The position numbers and the translations under genes are program-made. A stretch of 64,000 bases of DNA. Source: Nannocystis bainbridge (lineage in GTDB: Bacteria > Myxococcota_A > Polyangia > Nannocystales > Nannocystaceae). The stretch lies in contig NZ_JAQNDL010000002.1 in NCBI RefSeq assembly GCF_028368995.1, positions 1,937,776-2,001,775 on the forward strand, in the 5' to 3' direction. The notes beneath the pieces were generated by a model. It searched no databases, was not told the DNA's origin, and worked only from the letters and a program-made list of their open reading frames with translations. Every line of letters starts with the position of its first letter. The stretch's first letter is position 1. Shown here in pieces: positions 19,371 through 31,276 of the stretch.

Positions 19371-21680
19371 GTGCTGCTCTTCGCCCTCACCATCTTTCTC
19401 AGCGCATTCCTCCTGTTCCAGGTCCAGCCTCTGATCGGCAAGATCATCCTGCCCTGGTTCGGCGGCACGCCTGCGGTGTGGACCACGTGCATGCTGTTCT
19501 TTCAGGTGCTGCTGCTGGCCGGTTATGCGTACGCGCACGCCGTGATCGCCCTGCCTGCGCGGCGCCAGGGCCTCGTGCACCTGGCCGTGCTGGTCGCGGC
19601 GGTCCTTGCCGGCGCGCCGACCATCTTCCCGCCCGAAGGTTACAAGCCCGAAGGAGACGGCGTCCCGCTGCTGCAGATCTTGCTCGTGCTGACGGTGAGC
19701 GTCGGTCTGCCGTACTTCGCCCTGTCGACCACCGGCTCGCTGGTCCAGGCGTGGTTCTCGCGGCTGCACCCGTCGCGCTCGCCCTACCCGCTCTACGCCC
19801 TGTCGAACATCGGCTCGCTGCTCGGCCTCCTGACCTTCCCGTTCCTCGTCGAGCCGCGGCTCGGCTCGGTCACCCAGGCCTCGCTGTGGTTCTTCGGCTT
19901 CGTCGGCTTCTGCGTGCTGTGCGGCGTGATCGCGGTCCAGACCACCCGCGCCGGCGCGGCCGAGCCCGCGGCCGCGCGCGAGGCCGATGTCGCCGTGCCC
20001 GCGCCGACCTGGGGTCTGCGGGCCGTGTGGGTCGCGCTCGGGGCCTGCGCCTCGATCATGCTGCTGGCGATGACCAACCAGATGGCGATCGACGTCGCCA
20101 GCGTCCCGTTCCTGTGGGTCATCCCGCTCGCGCTCTACCTGCTGAGCTTCATCCTCTGCTTCTCGTCCGAGCGCTGGTACCCGCGGGTGCTGTTCTACCC
20201 GCTGTTCGTCGGGGCCACCGCGGGTGTCGTCGGCCTCATGCTGGCCGGGGCCGACGCCGGCATCGAACAGCAGGCCCTGGTCTACTGCGCCGCGATCTTC
20301 ATCTACGCCATGGTCTGCCACGGCGAGCTGTACCGTCTGCGCCCGCACCCGCGTCACCTCACCGCCTTTTACCTGGCGCTCTCGGTCGGCGGCGCGCTCG
20401 GCGGGGTGTTCGTCGGCGCGATCGCCCCGCTGGTGTTCTCCGCCTATTACGAGCTGCACATCGGCCTCGTCGCCACCTCGCTGCTGGTCCTGCACGCGTT
20501 CCGCCGCGACCAGCGGCTGGGGCTGCGCGGCCGCCCGGTCGCCGCCATCGTGCTCGTCGGCGCCGCCGCCGTCGCCTACGCCCTGTGGCGGGTCCGGACC
20601 GACAGCCCCGACTCGTTCCGCTACATCGGCCCGCTCGCCGGCGCCCTGCTGTGCATGCTGCTGTTCGGGTTCCTGTGGAGCCTGCGCGTTCGCACAGGTC
20701 TTTCCGACCCTGTCCCTCAGGACAGCCCGGCCGGCCCGCGCTGGATCGACGACGGCGCCCGCATCAACCACGGCCGGGCCCGCCTGGCCTGGCTGCTGCC
20801 GCTCGCCGCCATCGTCCTGCTCGCCGTCAACCTCGGCATCGAGGCCCGCTACCGCACCAGCGAGGCGTTGACGATCGAGCGCGGCTTCTTCGGCGTGCTG
20901 CGGGTCGCCGATCGCTACACCCACGATCCGCTGCTGGCCCGGCGGATCCTGTTCCACGGCGCCATCAACCACGGCTTCCAGTTCCGCGACCGCGAGCGCC
21001 AGATGTGGCACAACTCGTACTTCGCCGAGGAGAGCGGGATCGGCACCGCGCTGACGCGCCACCCCAAGCGCAAGCGCGGCGAGCCGCTCAAGATCGGCCT
21101 CCTCGGCCTCGGCTCCGGCACCCTGCTGACCTACGGCCGCCCGGGCGACACCATCCGGATCTACGAGATCGATCCCGAGGTCGAGCCGCTCAGCCGCGAG
21201 TACTTCACCTACTTCGAGCGCACCGAGGCAAAAGCCGAGGTCGTGCTCGGCGACGGCCGCCTCTCGCTCGAGCGCGAGCCCGATCAGGCCTACGACGTCC
21301 TGATCCTCGACGCCTTCAGCAGCGACGCCATCCCGATGCACCTGCTGACCCGTGAGGCGTTCGTGACGTACTTCCGCCACCTCGCGCCCGACGGCGTCCT
21401 CGCCGCCAACATGAGCAACCGCCACGTCGACATCCGCCCGGTGCTCAAGCAGCTGGCCCAGCATTTCGCGTGGGAGTTCGTGTGGATCGAGAACCACAGC
21501 GACGAACCCCGCGGCGTCTATGCGGCCGACTGGGGCCTGCTCACCCGCGACCAGGCGTTCCTCGCCGACCCGCTGGTCGAGATGCGCAAGGGCGACACCA
21601 GCGGCGTCTCGACCGACCTCCGCATGTGGACCGACGATTACAGCAACCTGTTCGCGGTCCTCAAGTGGTTCCACGGTTAG
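19371..21680 (+). CDS. Fused membrane domain/spermidine-synthase-like methyltransferase
   Basis: LSAFLLFQVQP...PWFGG many TMs; SAM motif GLLGLGSG, YEIDPEV, GDGR, DAFSSDAIPMHLLTREA, WTDDYSN. Confidence 0.92.
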   Translation: MLLFALTIFLSAFLLFQVQPLIGKIILPWFGGTPAVWTTCMLFFQVLLLAGYAYAHAVIALPARRQGLVHLAVLVAAVLAGAPTIFPPEGYKPEGDGVPLLQILLVLTVSVGLPYFALSTTGSLVQAWFSRLHPSRSPYPLYALSNIGSLLGLLTFPFLVEPRLGSVTQASLWFFGFVGFCVLCGVIAVQTTRAGAAEPAAAREADVAVPAPTWGLRAVWVALGACASIMLLAMTNQMAIDVASVPFLWVIPLALYLLSFILCFSSERWYPRVLFYPLFVGATAGVVGLMLAGADAGIEQQALVYCAAIFIYAMVCHGELYRLRPHPRHLTAFYLALSVGGALGGVFVGAIAPLVFSAYYELHIGLVATSLLVLHAFRRDQRLGLRGRPVAAIVLVGAAAVAYALWRVRTDSPDSFRYIGPLAGALLCMLLFGFLWSLRVRTGLSDPVPQDSPAGPRWIDDGARINHGRARLAWLLPLAAIVLLAVNLGIEARYRTSEALTIERGFFGVLRVADRYTHDPLLARRILFHGAINHGFQFRDRERQMWHNSYFAEESGIGTALTRHPKRKRGEPLKIGLLGLGSGTLLTYGRPGDTIRIYEIDPEVEPLSREYFTYFERTEAKAEVVLGDGRLSLEREPDQAYDVLILDAFSSDAIPMHLLTREAFVTYFRHLAPDGVLAANMSNRHVDIRPVLKQLAQHFAWEFVWIENHSDEPRGVYAADWGLLTRDQAFLADPLVEMRKGDTSGVSTDLRMWTDDYSNLFAVLKWFHG

Positions 21681-21712
21681 CGGCGCGACGCCGTGAAGAC
21701 GGGTGGCCCATG

Positions 21713-21880
21713 GTGCGGTGATTCGCGCCGCACGTGTTCGCTACTCCCGGAGCCGCGCACGCGGGCGAACCGTGTGCGGTGATTCACGCCACCCGGCCCG
21801 GACGCGCATCGAGCCGCAGCGAACACGGGCGACCCGGGTGCGGTGATTCGTGTCGCACCCGCTGCGGTGATTCGCGTCAT
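21713..21880. repeat. Four copies of TGCGGTGATTCRYG
   Basis: Copies at 21714, 21775, 21839, 21863 between convergent genes. Confidence 0.75.
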
Positions 21881-21943
21881 GACCCCGAGCCCGTTCTTGT
21901 CCGCCGGAAGCGCGAGCCGGGGCTCCGCGCCGCCGTGAGGCCG

Positions 21944-22225
21944 CTACGCGCAGCGACCGCCGCAGAACTCGTCCGCCTGGCCGACGCACGTCGCGTCCCA
22001 CCGCGAATCGCAGCAATACGCGTCGCGCTCGCACACGCACGCCACCACCTCCGCGTCGTCGCACGCCGGCTGCTGCGACACCTCGCAGCACGGCTGATCG
22101 CCGACCGGCAGCTCGTCCGCCTCGTCCGGATCGACCGTCGGTCCCATACCGGGATCACAGTCTTGCACGAACGGGATCGCTAACGCGAGGGTCCCGACGA
22201 GGCTCCCCAACTGATTCCATGGCAT
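21944..22225 (-). CDS. Small secreted Cys-rich protein
   Basis: Hydrophobic N-terminus; CCE...C...CVCERDAYCCDSRWDATC...C...C module. Confidence 0.78.
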   Translation of the reverse strand: MPWNQLGSLVGTLALAIPFVQDCDPGMGPTVDPDEADELPVGDQPCCEVSQQPACDDAEVVACVCERDAYCCDSRWDATCVGQADEFCGGRCA

Positions 22226-22438
22226 CGCATTCCTCGTTTCCGGCCGCGCGCACGGCTCGCGCGGCGCACCGTCGGCGGAATTGTGGGCCCGGCGAACAGC
22301 GAAGCAATCGCGGCGCTTGCGGCGGGCCACAGCGCCCGCGGTCGCCCGCGCACCAGCCGGCGCGCGTGAGCCCGGGGCGCCCGTGCGGCCCACGACGGCG
22401 CGCCCCGCCAGGCCCCGCGCGGCGTTACACTGCCGCGC

Positions 22439-23071
22439 ATGATCGCCCCCCTCGTCGCCCGCGGCCTGACCAAGCGCTACGGCACGACCTGTCTGTTCGA
22501 GCACCTCGACCTCGACCTCGAGGCTGGCGAGGTCCTCGTGCTCGTCGGCCCCAACGGGGCAGGCAAGTCGACCCTCATCGGCTGTCTCACCGGCGGCGTC
22601 GTGCCCGACGCCGGCAGCGTCGTGCTCGGCGGCCACGACCTGCGCAGCGCCCCGCTGGCGGCCCGCGCCGCCCTGCGCTTCCTGCCGCAGGAGGTCGAGG
22701 TCCCGCAGGGCCTCACCGGCCGCGAGCTCGTCGAGTTCTACGCCGGGGTGTTCGGCGAACCGCTCGGCCGCGAGCGCGCCATCGCCCTCGCCGACCTCGG
22801 CCCCGCGATCGACCACCTCGCCACCACCTACAGCCTCGGCATGCGCAAGCGCCTCGTCGCCGCCGCGCTCACCCTCGGCGAGGGCGTCCTGTACGTCCTC
22901 GACGAGCCGTTCGCCGGCCTCGACCGCCAGGCCCGCGCCGCCCTGATCGCCGCCCTCGTGGCCGCCCGCGCCGCCGGCGTCGCCCTCGTGCTGTCCGCCC
23001 ACGACCCCGAGGACATCGCCGCCCTCGGCGGCGCCCGCGTGCTCGAGCTCGGCCGCCCGATCGCGGCATGA
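22439..23071 (+). CDS. ABC transporter ATP-binding protein (no adjacent permease)
   Basis: Walker A GPNGAGKST, YSLGMRKR signature, VLDEPFAGLD, SAH. Confidence 0.93.
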   Translation: MIAPLVARGLTKRYGTTCLFEHLDLDLEAGEVLVLVGPNGAGKSTLIGCLTGGVVPDAGSVVLGGHDLRSAPLAARAALRFLPQEVEVPQGLTGRELVEFYAGVFGEPLGRERAIALADLGPAIDHLATTYSLGMRKRLVAAALTLGEGVLYVLDEPFAGLDRQARAALIAALVAARAAGVALVLSAHDPEDIAALGGARVLELGRPIAA

Positions 23072-23074
23072 GTC

Positions 23075-23180
23075 GATCCTGTCCATTCGGGCATGCCCGC
23101 GCGGACATGCCCTTTCGGACATGGTCTTGAAAACCTGTCCCTTCGAGCATCCTTCGACCATCTGTCCCTTCGGCCATCCT
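23075..23180. repeat. 14-bp-phased CATG/CCTG array
   Basis: Cores at 23078(CCTG), 23092, 23106, 23120, 23134(CCTG), 23148(CATC). Confidence 0.85.
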
Positions 23181-23274
23181 TCGAGCGCCCTCGAGCCGGC
23201 CTCCGCTCCGCCGCCCGCCCCGGCTCTCGCCTGGCCATCCGCGCCTCCCACCTCACTCCCCGGTTTAAACCCTC

Positions 23275-24075
23275 GTGCCGCACCTCCACGCCGACCGCGC
23301 CGTCACCTTCTACCGCCACGCCGGCAGCGGCCCTGCGCTGCTCCTCTTGCACGCCGGCGCCAGCAGCGGCGTCCAGTGGGAGCGGGTCCTCGCCGCCCTC
23401 GCGCCGCGCTGGGAGGTCGTCGCCCCCGACCTCTACGGCCACGGCCACACACCTTGCCCCGAGGACATGTCCCCCGGGACCTTGCTCGAGCGCCAGGTCG
23501 CCGTCCTGCTCGCCTTGCTCGACACCCTCGGCGGTCCCGCCCGCGCCGTCGGCCACTCCTACGGCGCCGTCCTGGCCCTGAGCCTGGCCGCGGCTGCGCC
23601 CGCGCGCGTGCGTGACCTCGTGCTCGTCGAGCCGGTCGCGTTCGGCCTGCTGCCTGACGACGACCCCGCGCTCGCGCCCGTGCACGCGGTCGAGGCCGCG
23701 TGCCGCGAGCGCGTCCTCGCCGGCGACCCGGCCGGCGCCACCCGCCATTTCCTCGATTTCTGGAGCGACCCCGAGCTGTGGGACTTCCTGCCCGACGCCG
23801 ACCGCCAGGCCATCGTCGCCGGCGCCCGCGAGCGCCACTTCATCGGCGGCCCGGCAGTGTTCGGCGCCCCCTTCGCCGCCGCCGACCTCGCGCGGATCTC
23901 GTGCCCGATCCGCCTCGTCACCGGCGACGACGGGCCCGAGGCCCCGCGCGCCGTCGCCGGGCGGCTCGCCACCCTCCTCCCGCAGGCCGAGCCGATCACC
24001 GTCGCCGGCGCCGGCCACATGCTGCCGCTCACGCACCACCGCGCGTTCCTCCGCCTGGTCGAGTCGATGCCCTGA
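23275..24075 (+). CDS. Alpha/beta fold hydrolase
   Basis: LLLHAG, PDLYGHG, GHSYG nucleophile elbow, GAGHM. Confidence 0.94.
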   Translation: MPHLHADRAVTFYRHAGSGPALLLLHAGASSGVQWERVLAALAPRWEVVAPDLYGHGHTPCPEDMSPGTLLERQVAVLLALLDTLGGPARAVGHSYGAVLALSLAAAAPARVRDLVLVEPVAFGLLPDDDPALAPVHAVEAACRERVLAGDPAGATRHFLDFWSDPELWDFLPDADRQAIVAGARERHFIGGPAVFGAPFAAADLARISCPIRLVTGDDGPEAPRAVAGRLATLLPQAEPITVAGAGHMLPLTHHRAFLRLVESMP

Positions 24076-24301
24076 CGTCTCCGCCTGTGGGTCGAGCGGT
24101 CGCCGACGCCGACCCGACGCTGCCGCTCACGCACCACGGCGCGTTCCTTCGAGCTCCGCGCGCGCTCGTTCCGGACATCGCCGTCGCGCTCCCGTCGCGC
24201 GCCTGCGCGCCGGCAATCCACGCACACCCCTTCGCCTCACTCGCGGGCCTCCACCGGCCTCGACAGCCGCGGTTACCATGCCGGGCTTCGGAGGGTTTGA
24301 C

Positions 24302-25819
24302 ATGAATTTCGCTACCTCGCGGCCGCCCATCGCGGCCGCGTTCCTCGTGCTCGCGGCTTGCGGTGACGACGGCCGCGCCACCGCCACCGACGTCACGACC
24401 GCCAACGCGACCGCGACCACCACCATGACCACCGGCGCCACCCCGACCAGCACGGGCGAGCCCGACACCGGCACCGACAGCGCGAGCGACACCGCCGCGC
24501 CGACCGGCACCACCACCGTCGATCCCCCCACGAGCACCACCGGCACTACCGAGCCGGCGCAGACCACCAGCACCACCGCGGCCGGCTGCGGCGCCTGCGC
24601 TCAGCCCAACCAGCTGTGCGTCGACGACGTGTGCGTGACCTCGTGCCAGGGCCAGGGACCGGACGCCTGTCCCGAAGGCCAGGTGTGCGACATCATCAGC
24701 GGCGAGTGCCACGCAGAGAGCGACCCGTGCACCCTCGCCGGCCTCGAGACCACCTGCGCCGACCTGTCCTGTGGGCCAGGTAGCACCTGCGACGGCGTCG
24801 GCGCCTGCGTCCCGGTGGCCCCCTGCGCCGACGTCGCCTGCACCGACGACGGCCACTGCTGGGGCACCCTGTGCGGCTGCGAGCGCGTGGTCGAGTGTCA
24901 GGAGCCGACCGCCGAGCAGCTCAACGGCCCGTTCTCGACCGAGATCGGCGGCATCGACTTCGCCGACGACTGCAACGCCTGGATGGTCACCCTGCGCAGC
25001 GGCCCCGACTACGTGCGCCGCCTCAAGCCCGACGGCGAGCTGACCCAATGGACAGGTGTGGCCAACCTCAACATGGGCGAGGTCAAGGTGCTGCGCCGCC
25101 TCACCGTCCCGCAGCTGACCCACGTGCCGCCGCTGGCCGCCGGTCCCAACCGCCCGACCCCGGTCGAGGGCCTCGGCGAGGTCGCCATCACCTACACCTG
25201 CTGCGCCCAGTGCGGCTGTCAGGCCGACCCGCCGCAGGGCGTGGCCCGGCTCGACGAGGCCAACATGAACTCGCCGCTGCCGATCGTCATCGTCGCCCAG
25301 GTGACCCAGGGCGACGGCCCGTTCGGCAGCACCGCCGCCGACGCCGGCCCGCACGGCCTCGCGTGGGGCGAGGACCGCGTGCTCTACGTCGGCAACAGCA
25401 CGATGAACGGCGAGTACAACGACGCCGACCTCGACGCCGCCACCCAGGACGTGGTGTTCACGTTCGACGCCCGCGTCACCGCCAGCGCCCCCGTCAGCCC
25501 GGTCCACCTGCTGGTCGCCCTCGACGGCGGCACCGTCTACCGCTTCAACGCCCAGACCAAGCAGGCCGAGTTCGTCGTCGACCTGATGGCCGACGTCACC
25601 AGCCTCGCCCACGACGCCTTCACCGGCCACGTCTACGCCGGCCTCGGCGACCTCGAGGTGGTCCGGATCGCCCCGTTCACCGGTGAAGTCGAGCCGTTCC
25701 AGACCATGCCCGGCGTCGGCCGCGTCGCGGTCAGCCCGAGCGGCAAGCTGTGGTACACGCCGGTGAAGTCCCTCGCCGACCTGCCGCTGCAATCGTGGGA
25801 CCTGCCGATGGCGTTCTGA
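24302..25819 (+). CDS. Lipoprotein with Thr-rich linker, Cys-rich repeats and beta-propeller-like C-terminus
   Basis: Lipobox LAAC; GGAGG RBS; Cys-rich segment; repeated DGRV/VYAG-type strands. Confidence 0.83.
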   Translation: MNFATSRPPIAAAFLVLAACGDDGRATATDVTTANATATTTMTTGATPTSTGEPDTGTDSASDTAAPTGTTTVDPPTSTTGTTEPAQTTSTTAAGCGACAQPNQLCVDDVCVTSCQGQGPDACPEGQVCDIISGECHAESDPCTLAGLETTCADLSCGPGSTCDGVGACVPVAPCADVACTDDGHCWGTLCGCERVVECQEPTAEQLNGPFSTEIGGIDFADDCNAWMVTLRSGPDYVRRLKPDGELTQWTGVANLNMGEVKVLRRLTVPQLTHVPPLAAGPNRPTPVEGLGEVAITYTCCAQCGCQADPPQGVARLDEANMNSPLPIVIVAQVTQGDGPFGSTAADAGPHGLAWGEDRVLYVGNSTMNGEYNDADLDAATQDVVFTFDARVTASAPVSPVHLLVALDGGTVYRFNAQTKQAEFVVDLMADVTSLAHDAFTGHVYAGLGDLEVVRIAPFTGEVEPFQTMPGVGRVAVSPSGKLWYTPVKSLADLPLQSWDLPMAF

Positions 25820-25894
25820 GGCCCCGGCGATGCCGCGCGCGTCCGCGATCTGCCGCTCGCTCGCCGATCGGCGCGAGGCCGCCGAGGTGCGCCG

Positions 25895-28954
<3,060 letters not shown>

Positions 28955-29048
28955 CTGTTGGATCGCCGTGGGATGGCAGCGCCGCGGCGCCGACTATCCT
29001 GCCTCGACTCGACGCATCCGCGCTCGAGCTCACGAAAGCAGGTAGAGG

Positions 29049-29261
29049 ATGTCCAAGAAGTTGATCGATCTGCAAAGCGAAGGGGCCGACGTGCCCTTCT
29101 TCGCCCATCTCCTCAGCAGCCAGGCCGACCCGGCCACGCCCGCGGCCGGCGGCGGCGGCGGCACCAAGCCGGCGCCCACCTATCATTGCCTCGACTCCGA
29201 ATGCACCAAGAAGTATCCGAGCGACGGTGACGAGCCGACCAGCACGCTCTGGGACAAGTGA
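29049..29261 (+). CDS. Microviridin-type graspetide precursor peptide
   Basis: Leader VPFFAHLL (cf. PFFARFL), poly-Gly, core TKKYPSDGDE (TxKYPSD); GAGG RBS; adjacent to two ATP-grasp ligases. Confidence 0.93.
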   Translation: MSKKLIDLQSEGADVPFFAHLLSSQADPATPAAGGGGGTKPAPTYHCLDSECTKKYPSDGDEPTSTLWDK

Positions 29262-29290
29262 TCGCCGACCCGCGGACGGCCAGGTGAAGC

Positions 29291-30268
29291 ATGAAGGGCG
29301 AGCGTTGCGTGCTGTTACTGTCACACAGCGCCGAACCGCTGTGCACCGACGCCGTCGCGGGTGCCCTCGCGCGCCGCGGCGCGCGGGCCGTGCGGCTCGA
29401 CACCGATGATTTCCCGGCCGCGCTGGCGCTGCGCGGCGAGCTCGGGTTCCCCGGCGCGCGCGGGCTCGTGCTCGACGATCGGCCGCTCGTCGCCGACTCG
29501 GTGTGGCTGTGGCGGGTCTGGCCGGCCCGGCTCGATCCGCGCCTGCCCGCCGAACACCACGAGGCCGCCCAGCGCGAGAGCTTCGCCGCCCTGCGCGGCC
29601 TGCTGGACCTCTTGCCCGGCGTCCCCTGGATCGATGCGCTCGACGCCGGTCGCGCGGCCGACGACAAGGCCCGCCAACTCCGCCTCGCCTGCGACCTCGG
29701 CCTCACGATCCCTCCGACTCTGATCACCGCCGAACCCGCGGCCGTGCGCGAGTTCTTCGCCGCGCACGCCGGCCAGGTCGTCGCCAAGCTGCAGACGCCG
29801 CTGCGCCAGACGATGCGCGGCGGCGGCCTGCCGACCCGCCTGCTGCGGCGCGACGACCTCGAGGCGCTCGCCGGCCTCCGTCACTGTCCGATGATCTTCC
29901 AACGATATGTCCCGAAGGCCATGGAGCTGCGGATCGCCTGGGTCGACGGCCGGGCCCTCTGCGGCGCGCTCGACGGCGCCCGCTGCGGCGTCGACTGGCG
30001 CTACGAGTGCAGCGCGGACTGGCAGTCCCACGCCTTGCCCGAGCCGGTCCACCTGCGCCTGGCCGCGCTCATGGCCCGGCTCGGCCTGCGCCAGGGGGCC
30101 ATCGACATGATCGTCACCCCGGCCGGCGACTACGTGTTCCTCGAGGTCAACCCCACCGGCGAATGGATGATGCTGGAGAAAGAGCTCGGCCTGCCGATCA
30201 GCGAGGCGCTGGCCCAGGCTCTGCTCCGGCTGGCGAATGATTCACAGCGAGAGGCATGCAAGCCATGA
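29291..30268 (+). CDS. Graspetide ATP-grasp ligase, MvdC/MdnB-like (probably amide-forming)
   Basis: LLLSHS, RLDTDDFP, PPTLIT, LRHCPMIFQ..PK..ELR, DWR, FLEVNPTGEW. Confidence 0.9.
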   Translation: MKGERCVLLLSHSAEPLCTDAVAGALARRGARAVRLDTDDFPAALALRGELGFPGARGLVLDDRPLVADSVWLWRVWPARLDPRLPAEHHEAAQRESFAALRGLLDLLPGVPWIDALDAGRAADDKARQLRLACDLGLTIPPTLITAEPAAVREFFAAHAGQVVAKLQTPLRQTMRGGGLPTRLLRRDDLEALAGLRHCPMIFQRYVPKAMELRIAWVDGRALCGALDGARCGVDWRYECSADWQSHALPEPVHLRLAALMARLGLRQGAIDMIVTPAGDYVFLEVNPTGEWMMLEKELGLPISEALAQALLRLANDSQREACKP

Positions 30269-31269
30269 AGGTCGTGATGATCACGTTCTCCGGCGATCAG
30301 ACCGGCAAGCTCGACGAATTGCGGCAGCACCTCGAGGCGCGCGGCGCCGAGGTCCTGCGCTTCGACACCGACCGCTTCCCCTGCGAGGCCCAGGCGTGGT
30401 TCCGCCAGGACGGCGAGCGCGAGGAGCTCCGCCTGCGCTGCGACGGCCAGGAGGTTCGGCTCGAGCCCGGCGACGCGATCTGGTACCGGCGCGCGCGCTG
30501 GGCCGAGAAGCTGCCGCCGTCGCTGTCGCGCCCGCTCCGCCACGGCTGCGTGCTCGAGTCCGAAGCGCTGCTGCGCGGCATGCTGGCCGCCGCGCCCTGC
30601 TTCGTCATGGACCCGCCCGACCGCGTGCGCGAGCGCGGCCACAAGCCCGCCCAGCAGCGGCTGGCCCGCGAGCTCGGCCTCGCTACCCCGCGCACCTTGA
30701 TGACCAACGACCCGGCCGAGGCGCGCGAGTTCATCACCTCCTGCCCGCACGGCGCGATCGCCAAGATGCTGTCCGCCTTCGCCGTGCACGACCTCGACGG
30801 CGACGAGCAGGTCGTCTTCACCACCGCCCTGCGCGACGACCACCTCGCCCGGCTCGACGACCTGCGCCTGGCGCCGATGGTGTTTCAGGAGCAGGTCCGC
30901 AAGCGGCTCGAGCTGCGCATCACCGTGGTCGGCAGCCGCATGTTCGCCGCCGCCGTCGACTCGCAGCGGGTCGCCGGCGCCGAGGTCGACTGGCGCGAGC
31001 GCGGCGTCACCCTGCTGCCGTCGTGGCTCCCGTACGAGCTCCCGCCCGCGGTCGAGCGGGCGCTGGAGCGCTACATGGAGCGCATCGGCATGCAGTACAG
31101 CGCGATCGACATGCTCGTCGATCCCGCCGGGCGCCACGTATTCCTCGAGGCCAACCCCGCGGGCGAGTGCTTCTGGCTCGAGTACTATCCGCCGCACTTC
31201 CCGCTGACCGCGACGATCGCCGACGTGCTCGTCGGCGCCCCCGGAGCGCGGCGGACGACCCGTTCGTGA
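30256..31269 (+). CDS. Graspetide ATP-grasp ligase, MvdD/MdnC-like (probably ester-forming)
   Basis: RFDTDRFP, IWYRR, PRTLMTNDP, KMLSAFAV...VVFT, PMVFQE..K.LELR, DSQ..DWR, FLEANPAGE. Confidence 0.92.
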   Translation: MQAMKVVMITFSGDQTGKLDELRQHLEARGAEVLRFDTDRFPCEAQAWFRQDGEREELRLRCDGQEVRLEPGDAIWYRRARWAEKLPPSLSRPLRHGCVLESEALLRGMLAAAPCFVMDPPDRVRERGHKPAQQRLARELGLATPRTLMTNDPAEAREFITSCPHGAIAKMLSAFAVHDLDGDEQVVFTTALRDDHLARLDDLRLAPMVFQEQVRKRLELRITVVGSRMFAAAVDSQRVAGAEVDWRERGVTLLPSWLPYELPPAVERALERYMERIGMQYSAIDMLVDPAGRHVFLEANPAGECFWLEYYPPHFPLTATIADVLVGAPGARRTTRS

Positions 31270-31276
31270 CGCCGCG

